Assembly (NCBI GenBank): GCA_028826165.1
Contig: JAPDFW010000060.1
Coordinates: forward strand, 310,001 to 374,000
Direction: 5' to 3'
DNA length: 64,000 nucleotides
Source of the DNA: Anaeramoeba ignava BMAN
Lineage: Eukaryota > Protista > Anaeramoebae
Part shown: positions 1 to 14,600 of the stretch, in pieces
Position numbering within the stretch: position 1 is the first letter of the stretch
Layout of the letters: each line of letters opens with the position of its first letter
Made by a program: the position numbers and the translations under genes
The notes under the pieces: model-generated
What the model saw: the letters and a program-made list of their open reading frames with translations, nothing else
What the model was told of the DNA's origin: nothing
Database searches by the model: none

Positions 1-3000
1 TAATTTTCGGAAAAAGAAAGAAAATCAAACTCAAAATCAAAATCCAAAAAATATAGAAAAGATAAAGCAAGTTAATCATCAAAATATTCATGAATCAAAT
101 CAAATCAATCTTGTAAAGAATGATTTTGAATTAGCAAATTCAGAAAAAACACAAAGTTCAGATTTGGAAATCATTGATAATGAAATAGATGATGATTATG
201 ATAATTTTAATAATAGAAATCAAAACCAAAACCAAAACCAAAATCAAAATCAAAATCAAGAATTTAATATTGAAAATGATGAAAATATTGAAAATGATTT
301 TTTACAACAAATCTCAGAATCAATTCAATCCAAAAAGGCATGGTGTAAAATTACAGTTTCCCAAACAAGTAAAATAAATATGAAATTCCCGTCAATTGCA
401 ATTGATCCTGAAAAAGGAGCATGCATGAAAATAAAAGGAAAATTAAATCAAATTCATATTGAATGGAATGAATTAGGATCAAGATTTTGTCTTTCAGGTT
501 TAATTTTAATTTCAATTTCAAAATAATTTTAATTTAATTTCAAAATAATTTTAATTTCAAAATAATTTTAAATCAAAAAAGATTCTTTGGAAATAGATGC
601 TAAAATACAAAGTCCTATTAATTGGATGGATGAACATAATTGGATTTTTACACTTTCATTTTTGAAACCTTCATTCTTTTATTTAGCAAGACACCAAAAT
701 CTGTTTCAATCATTAATATGGCTTTGGACTGCACCTGTTGCAAGATCAACTAAATTCCAAAAACATATGCAAGAAATGATGAATCAATCATGTTTTTTTG
801 TTCCTACTAAATTTCACTTTATTGTTAATTGTTCTGATTATAATTTCTCTCTTTGTACAAATGATTTTAATATTATTGAAGGAACTGAAAAACAATCCCA
901 AAATAATCTTCTTGTTTTTTCTGGTCATCGATTTTTAGCAAATATTTATCTTGGAGGTGTTGAATTTGATCCAAAAACTAATGAAACAAAATTTGATTTA
1001 AATTTTGAAAATTTAACAATCGCATTTTTTCCATCAGAATCAAGTCAAATTTGGAAAAGAAAAAGGGAATCTGATAAAGAAAAATGTTTTCTTTCAAATT
1101 CACAAAATAAAGTGAATAATGAAAATCGAAATGAAAATCAAAATCAAAATGAAAATCAAAATCAAAATCAAAATCAAAATGAAAATGAAAATGAAAATGA
1201 AAATGATGATTTTAATATTAATGAAAATATTAATGATAATGAAAATAAAATGTGCAAAATTAAATCAAAAAATGAAAAATTATTTACCAAATCACTTAAA
1301 ATATCAGCTATTTATCAAGTAAATACTTATTATGATCCAAAATTTGTAGATGTTTTTCTAATTAATGTTGAATTTTTGAATACAAGAAGTGGACTTCAAG
1401 GATATTTAATTACACAATATTTTAATTTTATTTTCAATTATTTTGGAGGGAATTCTCAAGATAAAACAACAACTCAATTTAATAATGAAGCATTCCATCG
1501 AATTAGGAATTCTCAAAATTTAGTCGATTCAGTTTTTTCATATAATCATCATCATAAAAATCAAAATCAAAATCAAAATCAAATACAGAAAAGAAATATA
1601 TTTGAAGTTTCAATTAAATGTTTCTTCAAAAAATTTGTTGGATATTTGCCCTTAAATCTTTATTCCTCGCAAAAGAATATCAGAGTCAAAATACAAGAAG
1701 TTTCTCTTGATTTCTTTTCAGGATTTGCAACAAGCTGTCTAATTGTTTCAACAACACCAATTATTTTCCATTTTCCTAAAACAAATCATTTATTACAAAG
1801 CTTTGCAAACCAAAAAATTGAAAAGAAAAAAGAAGCAAATTGTATTCGAATTGATTCATTGAATTTTCTTATGGAATCTGATTTTTATCGCTTACCTAAT
1901 ATGATTGATATAATTCCTATCGATAGAATACTTAGTCTTAACTTTGGGAATATTGATGGGATTTGTCAAATAGAAGATCTTGTTAATCTTTCAACTGCAT
2001 CTAGTTTTTTTCTTTTCCATTATTGGAATTCTTCAGATGCATCTATTGTTTTTGATCGCAGCAAAATTGTCAAATTACTACAAACAATTAACACGCTTGA
2101 AATGAATATTTCTCGAGTTTCATTAAATATTAATACTCCTGAAGGCATAATAACTTTGAATATCAATGAAAACTTATCTTTATTCTCTCATTGTCTATAT
2201 ACTTACACATACAAAAACAAAATGCAAATTCAAATCCCAAAATTTCAATTAAAATTTTTCATTCCTTTTCATAAAATCTCAGAAAATTTTGAATTTTCTC
2301 ATTTAAGTAAAGTGTCTCATTCCCATTTTCAGAATCAAAAAATAGATAATTTGAACGATTCAAATAAAACAGTTCGACAATCAAGGAATTCAAACAGTTT
2401 TATAAGTCAAAATATCAATGAAAAATCAAAATCAAAATCAAAATCAAAATCAAAATCAAAACCAAAATCAAATTCAGAATCAAAATTAAATTCAAAATCA
2501 AAATCAAAATCAAAATTAAAATCAAAATCAAAAACGATATCCAAATCAAAAATCATTTCAACATCAAATATTGATGAAAAATCAACTTATTCAGATTCTT
2601 CTAAATATCATTATCTTCAAGTAGGATATTTTGAAACTTCTTTTAATATTGAAATATTCGATAGAAGTGATTTAACTGAACAAGAAATTAAGTATCAATG
2701 GGAATTATTAAATCTCCAAAAAAAGCTTGTTGCTTCTTCATCAATAAAATACAAATTTAGTAAATTTTTGCAACGAGAACAACAAAAACGAGAAAATTCG
2801 ATTGTAAAACGTAAAACATCTAGTATCAATATAAAAGAAGAAGATTTGAATCAAGATTTGAATAAAGATTTGAATCAAGATTTGAATAAAGAAGAATCAA
2901 TCGAACAAAATACTAATATTTCTGGAAATGAAAATGAAAATGAAAATGGAAATGAAAATAATGAAAATGGATGGGATGTTTTTGATAATACTAAAAATAA

Positions 3001-6000
3001 CGAAAATTTAAATGAAAATGAACAAAAAGAAAGCATTATTGAAGATGCATTTCATGAATTATCTTCACTTTATCAACAAAGTGGGAATAATAATGAACTT
3101 AGTCTTTCTGATTCAGAATTTTATTCAGTTCTTTCCAAAGATCAAAATTTGGATGAAAATCAAAATAATAATAATAATAATAATTTTGATAATGATAATG
3201 ATGATAATAATAATAATAATTTAAATTATGGAAAATCACTTGAAAAACAAACAAGTCTGTCAGATTCTGATTTCGTTTCATTTTCTGATGAAGATTTAAA
3301 TAGCCAAATTGAATATGGAGATCTAAATCAATACAAAATGAACAAACTTAGCAATAAAATAAAAAAACATAGGATTTTTTATAAAAATATTGATAAATAT
3401 GAATATGAGAATGAAGATGAAAATGAAGATCATGATGAATATGAAGATGTTGATGTTGATGATTTTGATGAAATGAGAAAATATTACGAAGGATTTGAAT
3501 ATTTTGATGATTCAACAAGTGGAAGAATACGAACATGTGCTCCAATATTAACATATGCCAAATATTTGTCATCATATCAAAAACAAAAATCATATCAAGA
3601 ATTTTTGGAATATTTCTTTATTCTCCCCAAAAAGAAAAGATTTTTTTTTATAATGGAAAATCAAGATGAAAATGAAAATGAAGATGAAAATCAAGATGAA
3701 GATGAAAATGAAAAATTCAAATACGGAGATAACTCATTCTATTTATCCAAAACATTAGACTTCTTTTCTCAAATCTCCAAGATTCAAAATGAAACGATCA
3801 AATATCAAAATTCTCAAAAAAGAGGTTCAAATGAAAAATTCCTGAAAACATTATCACTTCTAAATCATTTTTCATCCAAATCAAATATTTTCAAAGATGA
3901 TCTTCAAAATATCATTTCTGGAAATTCAAATTTATTTATGCAAAGAAGCACAATATTTATGGAGATACCAGAAAGAACGAAACTGAAAATAACACCAAAA
4001 GTTATTAAGATTCTTGAAAGCACTTTTGATGATTTATTTGATGAAACAGATTTTGAACTTATGGTTGATTCAGTCACGAAAAGGAATCAAATAAATTTTT
4101 ACGAACCACCATCAAGAGTATCTTTGACAAGAATTCTTCAAGTCAATGAATTACTCTTTTCGCATAAACAATATAAACTCCAAGCAAATGAATTTTGTGT
4201 GACTTTTTTAACAGGTACTTTTCTACCTAATCGAGAAGATTTGGAATTTTTGATGGATTCTAATGATGTTATAAAAACCAAATTTGTTCTTAAAAATTTG
4301 GATGTAAATATGAATGAATTTTCCAAACAATTCGTTTTCAAATTTCGAGGTTTTTCCAATATAAACAATATGTTTCTTGATGGATATTCAAATTTTGGAA
4401 TGAAGGACGTTCAAAATAGAAAGGAAAAACAAAAACCTCCAAATTTTTCTCAAGATTTATTTTCTCGATTTAAAAAGGAAGAAATTTCAATTTTAAAGGA
4501 ATTTACTTTGAATATTGAAGAAATGGTTCTTTTTGTTGCTGATGTTTTTGATGAAACAATGAATTCTCCATTAAAATCAAAATGCATTCCAATGAATCTA
4601 GCATCGCCAACAGTCATTTCAGAAAATCGAAAGAATTATCCATTAATTTTAACTTTGGATGTTGGAAAATTGGAGATTATTGGGAAGATTATCCCGAAAT
4701 TAGGTTATTGGATCGGAAATAACGAAAACCGGTTAAAAAATAATCCACTTAAAATTGATTTAAACCAATTTTTCTTGGATGTCAATCTGTCATCTATTAA
4801 TCCGATTTGTTCTGAAGTTTCTCCCATATATTTGTTTGCAAATTTCGAAAATTGGTTCTTGTGTTTTGAGAAATTTTCCCAATCATTTCGAGAATGGAAT
4901 AAAAACAGGAAATATTTCGAGAATTTTGCGAAATGGTTTTCTTCTGGAAACACTGTGCAAGAACAAGATCGAGAAGAGTATCAAGATCCAAATGATGAAG
5001 ATATTATCAATAATTTGCAAATCACAAATTGTTATGAAAAATTATATCAAGCACCTCAAAACGAAATTGAGGTTATGTACGAAGAATTTTTGAAACAGTC
5101 TTTTGACATGGATAAATATCCAAAACCCGAGAAAGCAGATCCAATACCAATGCAAAATAGACTAGCAGTTGATTTAAGAAGAATCACATTTATTATTTTG
5201 GATCAAGACCAAAAAAGGCGTGATGGAGTTTTTGATGTTCATTCAATTAAAGTGACGATAGAAATGGATCAACTTATAAACCAAAACAAAATATTATGTC
5301 AAGTTGGAACTTTCCAGTTTGAAATTCTTCCTGAAATTTTATGGTTTGTTGAAAATTTGGATCATTCTCATTATGCATCAATTACTTTAGCAAGAATCCA
5401 AAAAGTTATTAAAATTTTTGAACCCCAAATGAAAAAATCAAGAAGCAAAAATTCATTTAGCAGGAATCAATTCCAAGATAAAAAAGAAAAAACAAAGAAA
5501 TCACCAGATTCAAAGAAGAGGAAAAATACAAACCGACCATTTCAAGAAAATTATGAACATTTCAGCCAATTCTTGGATAAAACAAGAAGGGAAGATTATC
5601 AACAACACCTAAGAACTCAATCAACACCAATCCAAGACATCACAAACAACATCAATATTCAGACTGCAAATTCTTTTTTTGACAAGTTAAAAAATGCAGA
5701 TGATCAAGAAGATGAAAACGCAGAGTCTTCTGATCTTGAGCTTGAGATTGATAATGAGGATCCGAAAAATCAAACAAGAAACAATTTAAAATCAAAATTA
5801 AAATTAAAATTAAAATCAGCACAACCGAAACCCAAGACAACCACAAGCGTTACATTTTTGGTTCGTTCTTTTTCATTGAGAACTCTTATTGAGAACAAAA
5901 GCTCGTTGTTTGTTAAGTTTGATGATCTTTTCATGAATCTATATCACTATCAAATCCCAAAATATTTAGAGATGAGAAAACAAGACGATGAAAAACAACT

Positions 6001-9000
6001 TATATTTTCAGTCATTTTAAAGGCATCTAAAACACGAGCTTTGCTCGATAGCGTAGATAAATTTTCACAATTCAAATTATTTGATGGAACATGGAAAAAA
6101 ACGCAATTGAACGTAATTCACTATTTGTATTTCCGTCCCAATTCAAACTCCAATAAAGAGCATTCTTCATTCAATCAAAATGGTCGGGGAATTAGTGCTT
6201 ATTTGAACATATCTGATACGGAAACATTTTTCCCAATATTTTCGGGATCTTCAAAAACCGAAACACCGTTTAGTACTCTTTTTGATATTTTCAATTCTTT
6301 TGCATATATTCAAAAAGAAATATCAATTCATTCAAAAAAAGGAACAAATTCAGAAAAAACAACAAAGATTTCAAGCAGCTTAAAATTCGACTCGCAAACT
6401 CACGAAGAAACATCAAGAACAAAGCAAAATATCAATATGGAAAATATTTACAAAAAGCCCTCAATAGAATCTCAACCTCAATCAACTGCTGCGAGAAATC
6501 TTTCATCTTTGGAATGCAAATTTTCAATGAGTTTTCATAATTTGAAGTTTAAATTTGAAATTTTACCATCAAAAATTCTTCAATATCATCTCCATAGTTC
6601 AACAGTGTTAGTGGATTACAATGCAAATAGTATTCGAGCAAATTACATGATCTCATCACATAATATCCAATTTTCTGACCTAACAAACACAAGTGAATTA
6701 CCGTTTTCTTCGTTTCAACTACCAAGATTATTTCTTGATCTTGGGTATGAATTCCAACATCAAGAAAGCTATTCGAGATTAAGTCATTCGGAACAAAGCG
6801 AGATGAGAAATATATACAATAGCAATCCATCACTGTTAAAAATCAGTTCGACAGTGCACCAAAATTTGAAGGTTGTTCTTTCAATGGAAAGAATTGAAAA
6901 TATTATCCAGCCAGATTCGATCCAGCAATTAATCATGTTTCAAAGATGGATCCAGCAAGAATTCAAGTCGATTATTGACCAATACTTCTCAAATCAAGCA
7001 CAAAACGAAACCGAAACGCCAAATGTTGAGTCGGTTTCCCAATTCACAGGAGTAACAACATCACAATCTTCCACAATGAACCAATCGACTTTATCCAACA
7101 AGCTTTTGATATGGGCTACAGTTTATTTTGGGGGATTGATGATCACTCTTCATGGCAAAAATATCGATCTTATTTACGATTCGGGATTCATTTCCTTTGT
7201 GTTTTATAACAATCTGAATTCGTTATCAATACAAGATGAGAATCAACGCAAATTTTTCTGGAAATTTAATATCTATGATTCTGGATTTGGAATTTTCAAC
7301 AGAACAAAAGACCAAAATTCCAAAAATGCAAAAAAACCCAAGTTCCGTTACATCAAAGAAAATATCGATGATTTCGATAATTCAAAGGTGATCTTCCAAT
7401 TCGAAATGAAAAACTTTTCTGAGCTGCAAAAAAACTCATTAAAAATTCAATTCAACTCGATTTACGCGACTTTATGTCCTTCTTTTATGAGCAATTTCTT
7501 GGAAATATTTAATGAAATGAAAAGAGTGATTTCGAGACATGAAAATCATTTCTCATTTTCTGAGCGAAACAAGCAAGTTTTCCAGCATTTGATTGAAAAA
7601 TATGAAATCAAAGAGCATCTTCAGATGGGACTCATAGAAGGTGAGAAACTCCTTTCTGAGCATTTGTTCATTTGCAAAGTGAAGGATATCCGAATTTTCC
7701 TTCCTTTTAAAGTGTCAACTTTCTCAAAAGACCCAAATAACAACAATTACAAAATACCGAAAAGCCACAAAAAAGCCAGAAGAGAATCGCAGAAAAACAC
7801 AGAATATCTCACTGCTCTCGTGATCAGTTTGGGGTTGTTTCGGTTAATTGGGAGAGTCAGGAAAATTAGCGATGAAAAAAACCAAACGGATTATTATCAA
7901 CTTTTTTCTGAATGGGCAAATGAAACAATTTCAATCACATTTAATGATCCAAAGGAATGGTGGAAAAACTTGAATGAAATATATCCACAGGCAAATCTGT
8001 TTAGCCAAAAAAATATGAAGGGAAATGTTCTTTTTGTATTCTCCAAGAATTTCCACAATGTGTTCTGTTTCAATTCATGCATAATTGATGGAATCCAATT
8101 CCAATTTTTCCCGTCAATTGGCAAAAATTTGGTTTCATTTGAGAAAAATTGGATCAATAATTTAAGTAAAAAGAATCATTCATCAGTGAAAATTTTGGAT
8201 GATATTGATGAGAACCAAATGAAATATGAAACCCAAGAAAATATTATTAAATTATCCAAATCTGAAGCAAAAGAACTTCAGAATTCGCTTCGTTTCCAAA
8301 ATTCACAATTTGTTTTTGAAATCAAATTTGCCATTTCTGGAGCGTCTATTACTGTTTTTCCTGAAAATCATGGCACTTCCTTTCGTGGAATTTCTTCAAA
8401 AAAACCACAAAATTTATTTGAGATTCCAAAACATAAAAGAACAAAGAAAAAAGGAAATCAATTTGAATTCAACTCGATAATTTCCAAGAAAATCAATACT
8501 TTGCAAAGAGAAAATCGAAATCCAATCGCAAAAGAATCGCAAACAATTTACTTACCAAGTTTGAATACTGAAATTTATTTCAAGAAAATGAACAAAGTAA
8601 ATGAATCCAAAGTTTTGGTTTCAATTCCAACTCAGCCATCAATAATCGAAATTTCTAGTCAAGTTTCTGCGTTTATTATACAGGTTTTGGATGATGTTTT
8701 TCCCTATATTTCTCAAAAATATTCTCTGCAAAAAGAAGTAAGAAAAAAGCAAACTGTTTCTGCAAATGATAATATCAACAAAGTATTTGAAGTGCAAAAA
8801 ACAAAATCCAAAATGAACTTCATTTTCAAATCCGGTGCTCTTTCTATTTCCTTTTCTGCAAACCCTTTTGCTGATATTGTATTTAGAACTGATGTAGGAC
8901 CTATTTATTTCATTACGAATTTGGATTTTAATGGAAATGAAAATGTTATCAGTATTTTAGGTCAAATTTCAAGTATTCAGTCAAGAATTTCCAATTCTTT

Positions 9001-11482
9001 TTCAACAATTGAATGTTTTAGTGTTCATCTTCAAAAAACCCAAATGTGTTATAATTTTTATAAAAATCTAATTCAAAATGAAACACCTTCACCAAATTCG
9101 CAAAAAAAGAACAACAAATCTTCTTCTTTAATTGAATTTGGGTTGTTGAATTTGAATTTTAATTTGCGAAATTTGGAACAATATTTTAAGTTTAGAGAAA
9201 TTTGGATTGCACCATTTTATTCTTTTAAGAGGAAGTTAGATATTTATTCGAAGAAGAAAGTTCATCATTTCTCATCTAAATTTAAAAATAATTTGAAACC
9301 AGATTCAAAATCAAATTTAAAACAAAATTTAAAACAAAATTTAAAACAAAATTTAAAACAAAATTTAAAACAAAATTTAAAACAAAATTTAAAACAAAAT
9401 TCAAAACAAAATTTAAAACAAAATTTAAAACAAAATTTAAAACAAAATTTGAATGAAATTGAAAATGAATTTGAAAATGAAATTGAAAATGAAATTGAAA
9501 ATCAAATTGAAAATGAAAATCAAATTGAAAATCAAATTGAAAATGAAATTGAAAATGAAAATGAAATTGAAAATGAAAATAAAAATCAAAATAAAATTGA
9601 AAATCAAATTGAAAATAAAAATCAAATTGAAAATCAAATTGAAAATGAAATTGAAAATGAAAATGAAAATGAAATTGAAAATGAAAATCAAATTGAAAAT
9701 GAAAATCAAATTGAAAATAAAAATCAAATTGAAAATGAAAATGAAAATCAAATTGGAAATGAAAATGAAAATCAAATTGAAAATCAAATTGAAAATCAAA
9801 ATAAAATTGAAAATGAAAATGAAAATGAAAATGAAAATCAAATTGAAAATGAAAATGAAAATGAAAATGAAAATGAAAATAAAATTGAAAATAAAATTGA
9901 AAATGAAAATGAAAATGAAAATGAAATTGAAATTGAACTTACAAAAGATCAGTTTAGTGATGATTCTTCTTTTATGTCTTTTGAAAATAATGAAAATATT
10001 GTAAGTGATGATGATAATGAATCTACATCTTCATCAGAAAGTAATGAATCAAATGATGAAATTAAACAAGAATCCACTTTCCTTCATTCTATTATTTTGA
10101 AAGAAGTTGGAATTAATGGAGAACTCGGACAATCTGTTGGTAAAATAAAGGGAAAAATAGGAAGTATTAATTTAATAAGTAGGAAAATATTTGAATCAAC
10201 AAGTTTCAATGAATTATCTATTGGGATGATCAAATTGATTTTTGAAGGAAGATTGGAAGGAGTTATTGGAATTGGACACATTATATTAAAATTATCCAAA
10301 AATTATTTGGTTAATGAACAAATATGTCCTTTAAGAAAAATGGAATTTGGAATTGCAAAGATAATATCTGATCTCCAATTCAATTTGGAGAAGATTTTAA
10401 GAGTCAGAATTGAAAAAGTTTATTCTTGCATTGCAGATGTAATTGAGAACAAAGAACAAACAAGTTCTCATATCCAAAGTTTAGTTTCTTCTTTAAAAAC
10501 GCATTTCCAAGTCTCAAGTGATTTTGCACCTTCGCTTTTGAGAATTTTGGGTTTGATTTCAGACTTGGTTGAAAAAACACGCAATTCAATGGCAAATTCA
10601 GAAATTCGAAAGAATTTCCATTCTCAAATTCGAGGGAATGTGTCGCAGATTTTTGATGAAGTAAATCAAAAAGATCAAGATTTGCAAAAGAAACTCACGC
10701 AAAAAGAAGAAAATGAAGAAAATGAAGAAGAAAAAGCAAAAAATATTGCGATTGGATCACTAACATTTATTGGAGGCAATCTGAATATTGATTTATTTAG
10801 CGGATTCAGAATGCCTCAATGGGGAAACTTATTTTTTCAAACATACGCACTAAATTTCACACAAAATGTGAATGAAGAACAAAAAGAAATTCGAAGAGTT
10901 TTAACAATCAAAACAGGAATTGTTCATTTACGCAAAATTTCGGAAAAGAAACTGATTCATGACGCAGATAACACTTCAGATTCCAATGAATCATCGATAC
11001 TCGCATTCCCAGAAACTTCATTGGAAATGTTCACACAACAAGCAGAAATGAGTCCAATTGTTTTTTATTATTTCATCTCAAATTTTGCCGGGCCAATTCA
11101 AACAACTTTGAATGTTGGTTTATATCGATTTTTAACGGAATTGAAAGAGACATTCGCATCAAGAATAAGGGATTTTTATGAACGAAGTAGCAAAAGAGAA
11201 GTTATTTATGATCCTGATTTCAATTTCCAAATTGATCCACTTTCTGAATCAAATGAAAAGAAAGAAAAAGATTTCAAAGAAACAAGAGTTTTTCATTCTT
11301 TAAAATATTATTTTAATCCTCAATTAAGTGTTTTAGGAAGAGCTACTCCAAAAGTAGAAACTGTTTTAGGTCTTCTTGGAATTAATGATCAACATATGAT
11401 TCCTTCGTTAACTCATCGTTTTATAACTGATTATGTTGAAAAAGTTCAAGAATTGATTTTCTTAATTATGAAAAAAATATAA
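1..11482 (+). CDS. BLTP1: Bridge-like lipid transfer protein, BLTP1/KIAA1109/Tweek/Csf1-like; 5' end lies outside the window; exons <1-497 and 582-11482
   Basis: Open frame from base 2. A GT..AG intron at 498-581 joins ORF 164-526 to the 3631-aa ORF in frame (CLS-D-SLEIDAK). The N-terminal segment (SPINWMDEHNWIFTL...LFQSLIWLW...FFVP..FHF...LCTNDFNII) and the C-terminus (FNPQLSVLGRATPKVETVLGLLGI...IP...HRFITDYVEKV) resemble BLTP1/Csf1 conserved regions as I recall them. Contains long Asn/Glu/Gln low-complexity inserts. Confidence 0.75.
9310..9935 (+). repeat. Coding tandem repeats (AAACAAAATTTA)n = KQNL and (GAAAAT/CAAATT)n = ENEI/ENQI inside the BLTP1-like gene
   Basis: Directly visible 12-nt and 6-nt periodic repeats, in frame. 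Confidence 0.9.
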
Positions 11483-11608
11483 GAAGAAAAATCAAAATCA
11501 AAATCAAAATCAAAATCAAAATCAATTTAATTTTTTATTCTTTCAATTCAATTCAATTATTTTAATTTTGATTTTTTGAAAATTAAAAAAAAAAAAAAAT
11601 TTTGAAAA

Positions 11609-14600
11609 TTAAAATAATTTCTTCAATGAATCTTTAAGTAAATCTTTTGGTGTTGTTCCATTTTCAAATTTTTCATTTTCAATCCACCATATTCCTTCAA
11701 TTTTCAAATTAAAATTAGCAGTTGTTTTTTTCAATAATTCAATCATTTCTTTTGTAGTTGATTGATTTCGACAAAGAAAATGTAATGGAGAAAACTAAAA
11801 AATCAAAAATTACAAATTTAATTAGTTTTTTATAAAATACTTTGAATTAAATTTTACTCCCTTTTTGATTCCAAAAAAAATAAATAATTAATTAATTAAT
11901 TAATTAAATTTGAATATTTTCTTTCTTTTTACTTTCTAAAAAATTAAAATTTATTTTAAAAATTTTATTTAAAATTTCATTTAATTTATATTGATTTGAT
12001 TAAATTAAATCAATATAAATTAAATCAAATTAAATTCAAAAATTTACTTTCTAATTTATTCATTTTAAATGATTAAGAAAAAAATTTAAATTATATAAAT
12101 TTAAATATAAATTAATAATTTACTTTCTATTAAATAAAATTTTCATCATAAAAATACTTAAACTCTTGTTTTCTTTTTCTTTTTCTTTTCGTTTTTTTTT
12201 TTTTAAAATTATTATATACATCCTATTAAATTTGGAATTTAATAATCAAAAAAATTTATTGCTTTTTCTTTATTAAATTAATTTACATTCTTTTAATTTT
12301 TAAATTTTATTAATCCTTTTTTTTTTTTGATTTTTTGATTGATTAAATAATTAATATTTTTAAATACAATCTATTGAATAAAAATTTTTTTTTGGTTTTT
12401 TTTAATTATAATTGTGTAAATGATTTTTAATTTATTACCCATTGGTGATTGAAATCAACTCCTTTAGAAATTAAAACTAGAATCATATCTATTTTTAATT
12501 TATCATTCTTGAATAAATAATGAAGAGGAGACCACTAGAAAAAAAAAAGGATTGATGTTTTTTCTTGAATAAATTGATTTTGTTTCTTTTTTTTTTTTTA
12601 TTCAAAAAATTTTACTAACTTTTTATTTTATTAAATTATTTTCGAAAATAAAAATATAAAATATTTAAAAATAATTCCTTTTTTTACTTCCTATACAATT
12701 ATGATTTTATTAATATTATTAATTGATTTAAATTTTGAAAAAAAAAAATAAATTTACAAGCTGGATAATGTTGAAAATTTAATATTTTTATTATTTTTAT
12801 TATTTTTCCAAATTTACTTCCTAATTTTTTGATTTAAGATGATTTAATTTTCTAAAATAAAATAATTACATTCTTTATTATAATTGTAAATTTGAGAATT
12901 TTTTTAAAAAAAAAAAAAAGATGATTGATTGATTGATTGATTGGTTTACTTTCTGTTTTAAATGGATTGACTAATTAATGAAAAAAGAAATGAAAAAAAA
13001 AAAAGTTTGAAATTTACCAACTATTGTTGATAGATCATTTTAATAACAATTAATTATTATTTATAAACATGAAATATTCATTGATTATATTCTTAATTTT
13101 AGGTATTTTACTTTCTATTGAATAAAAAATGAATGTTATAATAATTATTTTGATTTTGAATGAATAAATTTATTGATTTTTTTTTTCTTATAAAAATAGA
13201 TTACATATGAAATATGAAAATCACCACCTTTTTTGAGTATTAATTTAATCATATTTGCTGTGATTGATTGATTTCTACATAAATCATGCAAAGGAGTATA
13301 CTTTTTTTTTATGTAAAACAAAATTTTTGTTTTTTTTTTAATTTTTGAAATTATAAAATGGTTTTTCTGTTTTTATTTATTTATACATCCTAAAAAAAAA
13401 TTTGGATTAATGTATTTTCAAAAATTAACTAATAAAAGATTTGTCTTTTTTTTACATACTAATTTAATTTATATTTTGTTAAAATCAATTGGAAATGATC
13501 TTTTTTAAATTTTATTCAACAAAAAAATCCATTTTTTTTACATACTGTTAAAAAAGAAGTTTTATAAATTTGATGTTTTCTTCTTCTTTTTTATAAATTA
13601 ATTTTATTTGAGATTTTTACATTCTATTTCAATATAAAAGAAACAAAAAGTTAATTTCCAAAATAATTTATAAACATTAAACAAAAAACTATTTTATAAA
13701 TATTTACTTTCTTTTTTAATACAAAAAATAAAATAAAGAATTGAATAATAATTTTGGAAATTTATTTATACATCCTATTTTGAATAAATATAAATATAAA
13801 TATAAAATGTTTTTGGAATTGAATTCAGTTTTTTTTTTTACATTCTGTTTTGCAAAATTTTTTTAAAAAAAATATTGTTTTTATTCATGAATCTTTTTTT
13901 TGTTAAATTATTTACTTTCTAAATTTTTTTTTCAAAATGAAAAAATGATTTTTATTAGATATATTGTTTCTATTTTCTTTCTTATTGATAATTGTAATGG
14001 TTTTTAAAAGTTTGATTTTAATTTGTGTTTGTTTGAAATGGATGCAAAAATAATTGATATTTTTTTTTTCAATTTTGGTTTATGATAATTTACATTCTAT
14101 TTTAATTCAAACAAGAAATGTATTCATTTCAGAAAATAAATTGTTAGAAAAAAATAATATAAAGTAATGTACCCACTATATTCAGAATTAAATTTATTTT
14201 TTTTGTATTTAAAATATTAAAAATAAATTTTTTGTTTTGATTATTTAGTTTATATTTTACGCGCTATTATTTATTAAGAATATATTGATTTAATTTTTTT
14301 TAAAAAAAAACAATCAGAAACTAAATGAGAAATGAAATTTACTCTCTAGAAAATTACAAAAGAAATGAATAAAATTTAAGGATAAATTGGATATAAGAAA
14401 ATAGGGAACGAAAAAATTTTAATTTTTGAGAAAATAATTACTCGCTAATTATTAATATTGAAATATCATTTGAGAAAAAAAAGTTGTTCAAAAAAAATAA
14501 AAGAATGAAAAACTTACACCACTTAAATTAAAATTAGCTCCTTTAAGAGCAAATAATTTGAGCATATCAAAAGTAATTCTTTCATTTCTACATAAGTAAT

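Noticed and set aside
9437-10004. Alternative-frame and antisense ORFs within the BLTP1-like gene (MKLKMK.., IFNLIF..)
   Set aside because: Frame shadows of the ENEI/ENQI repeat.
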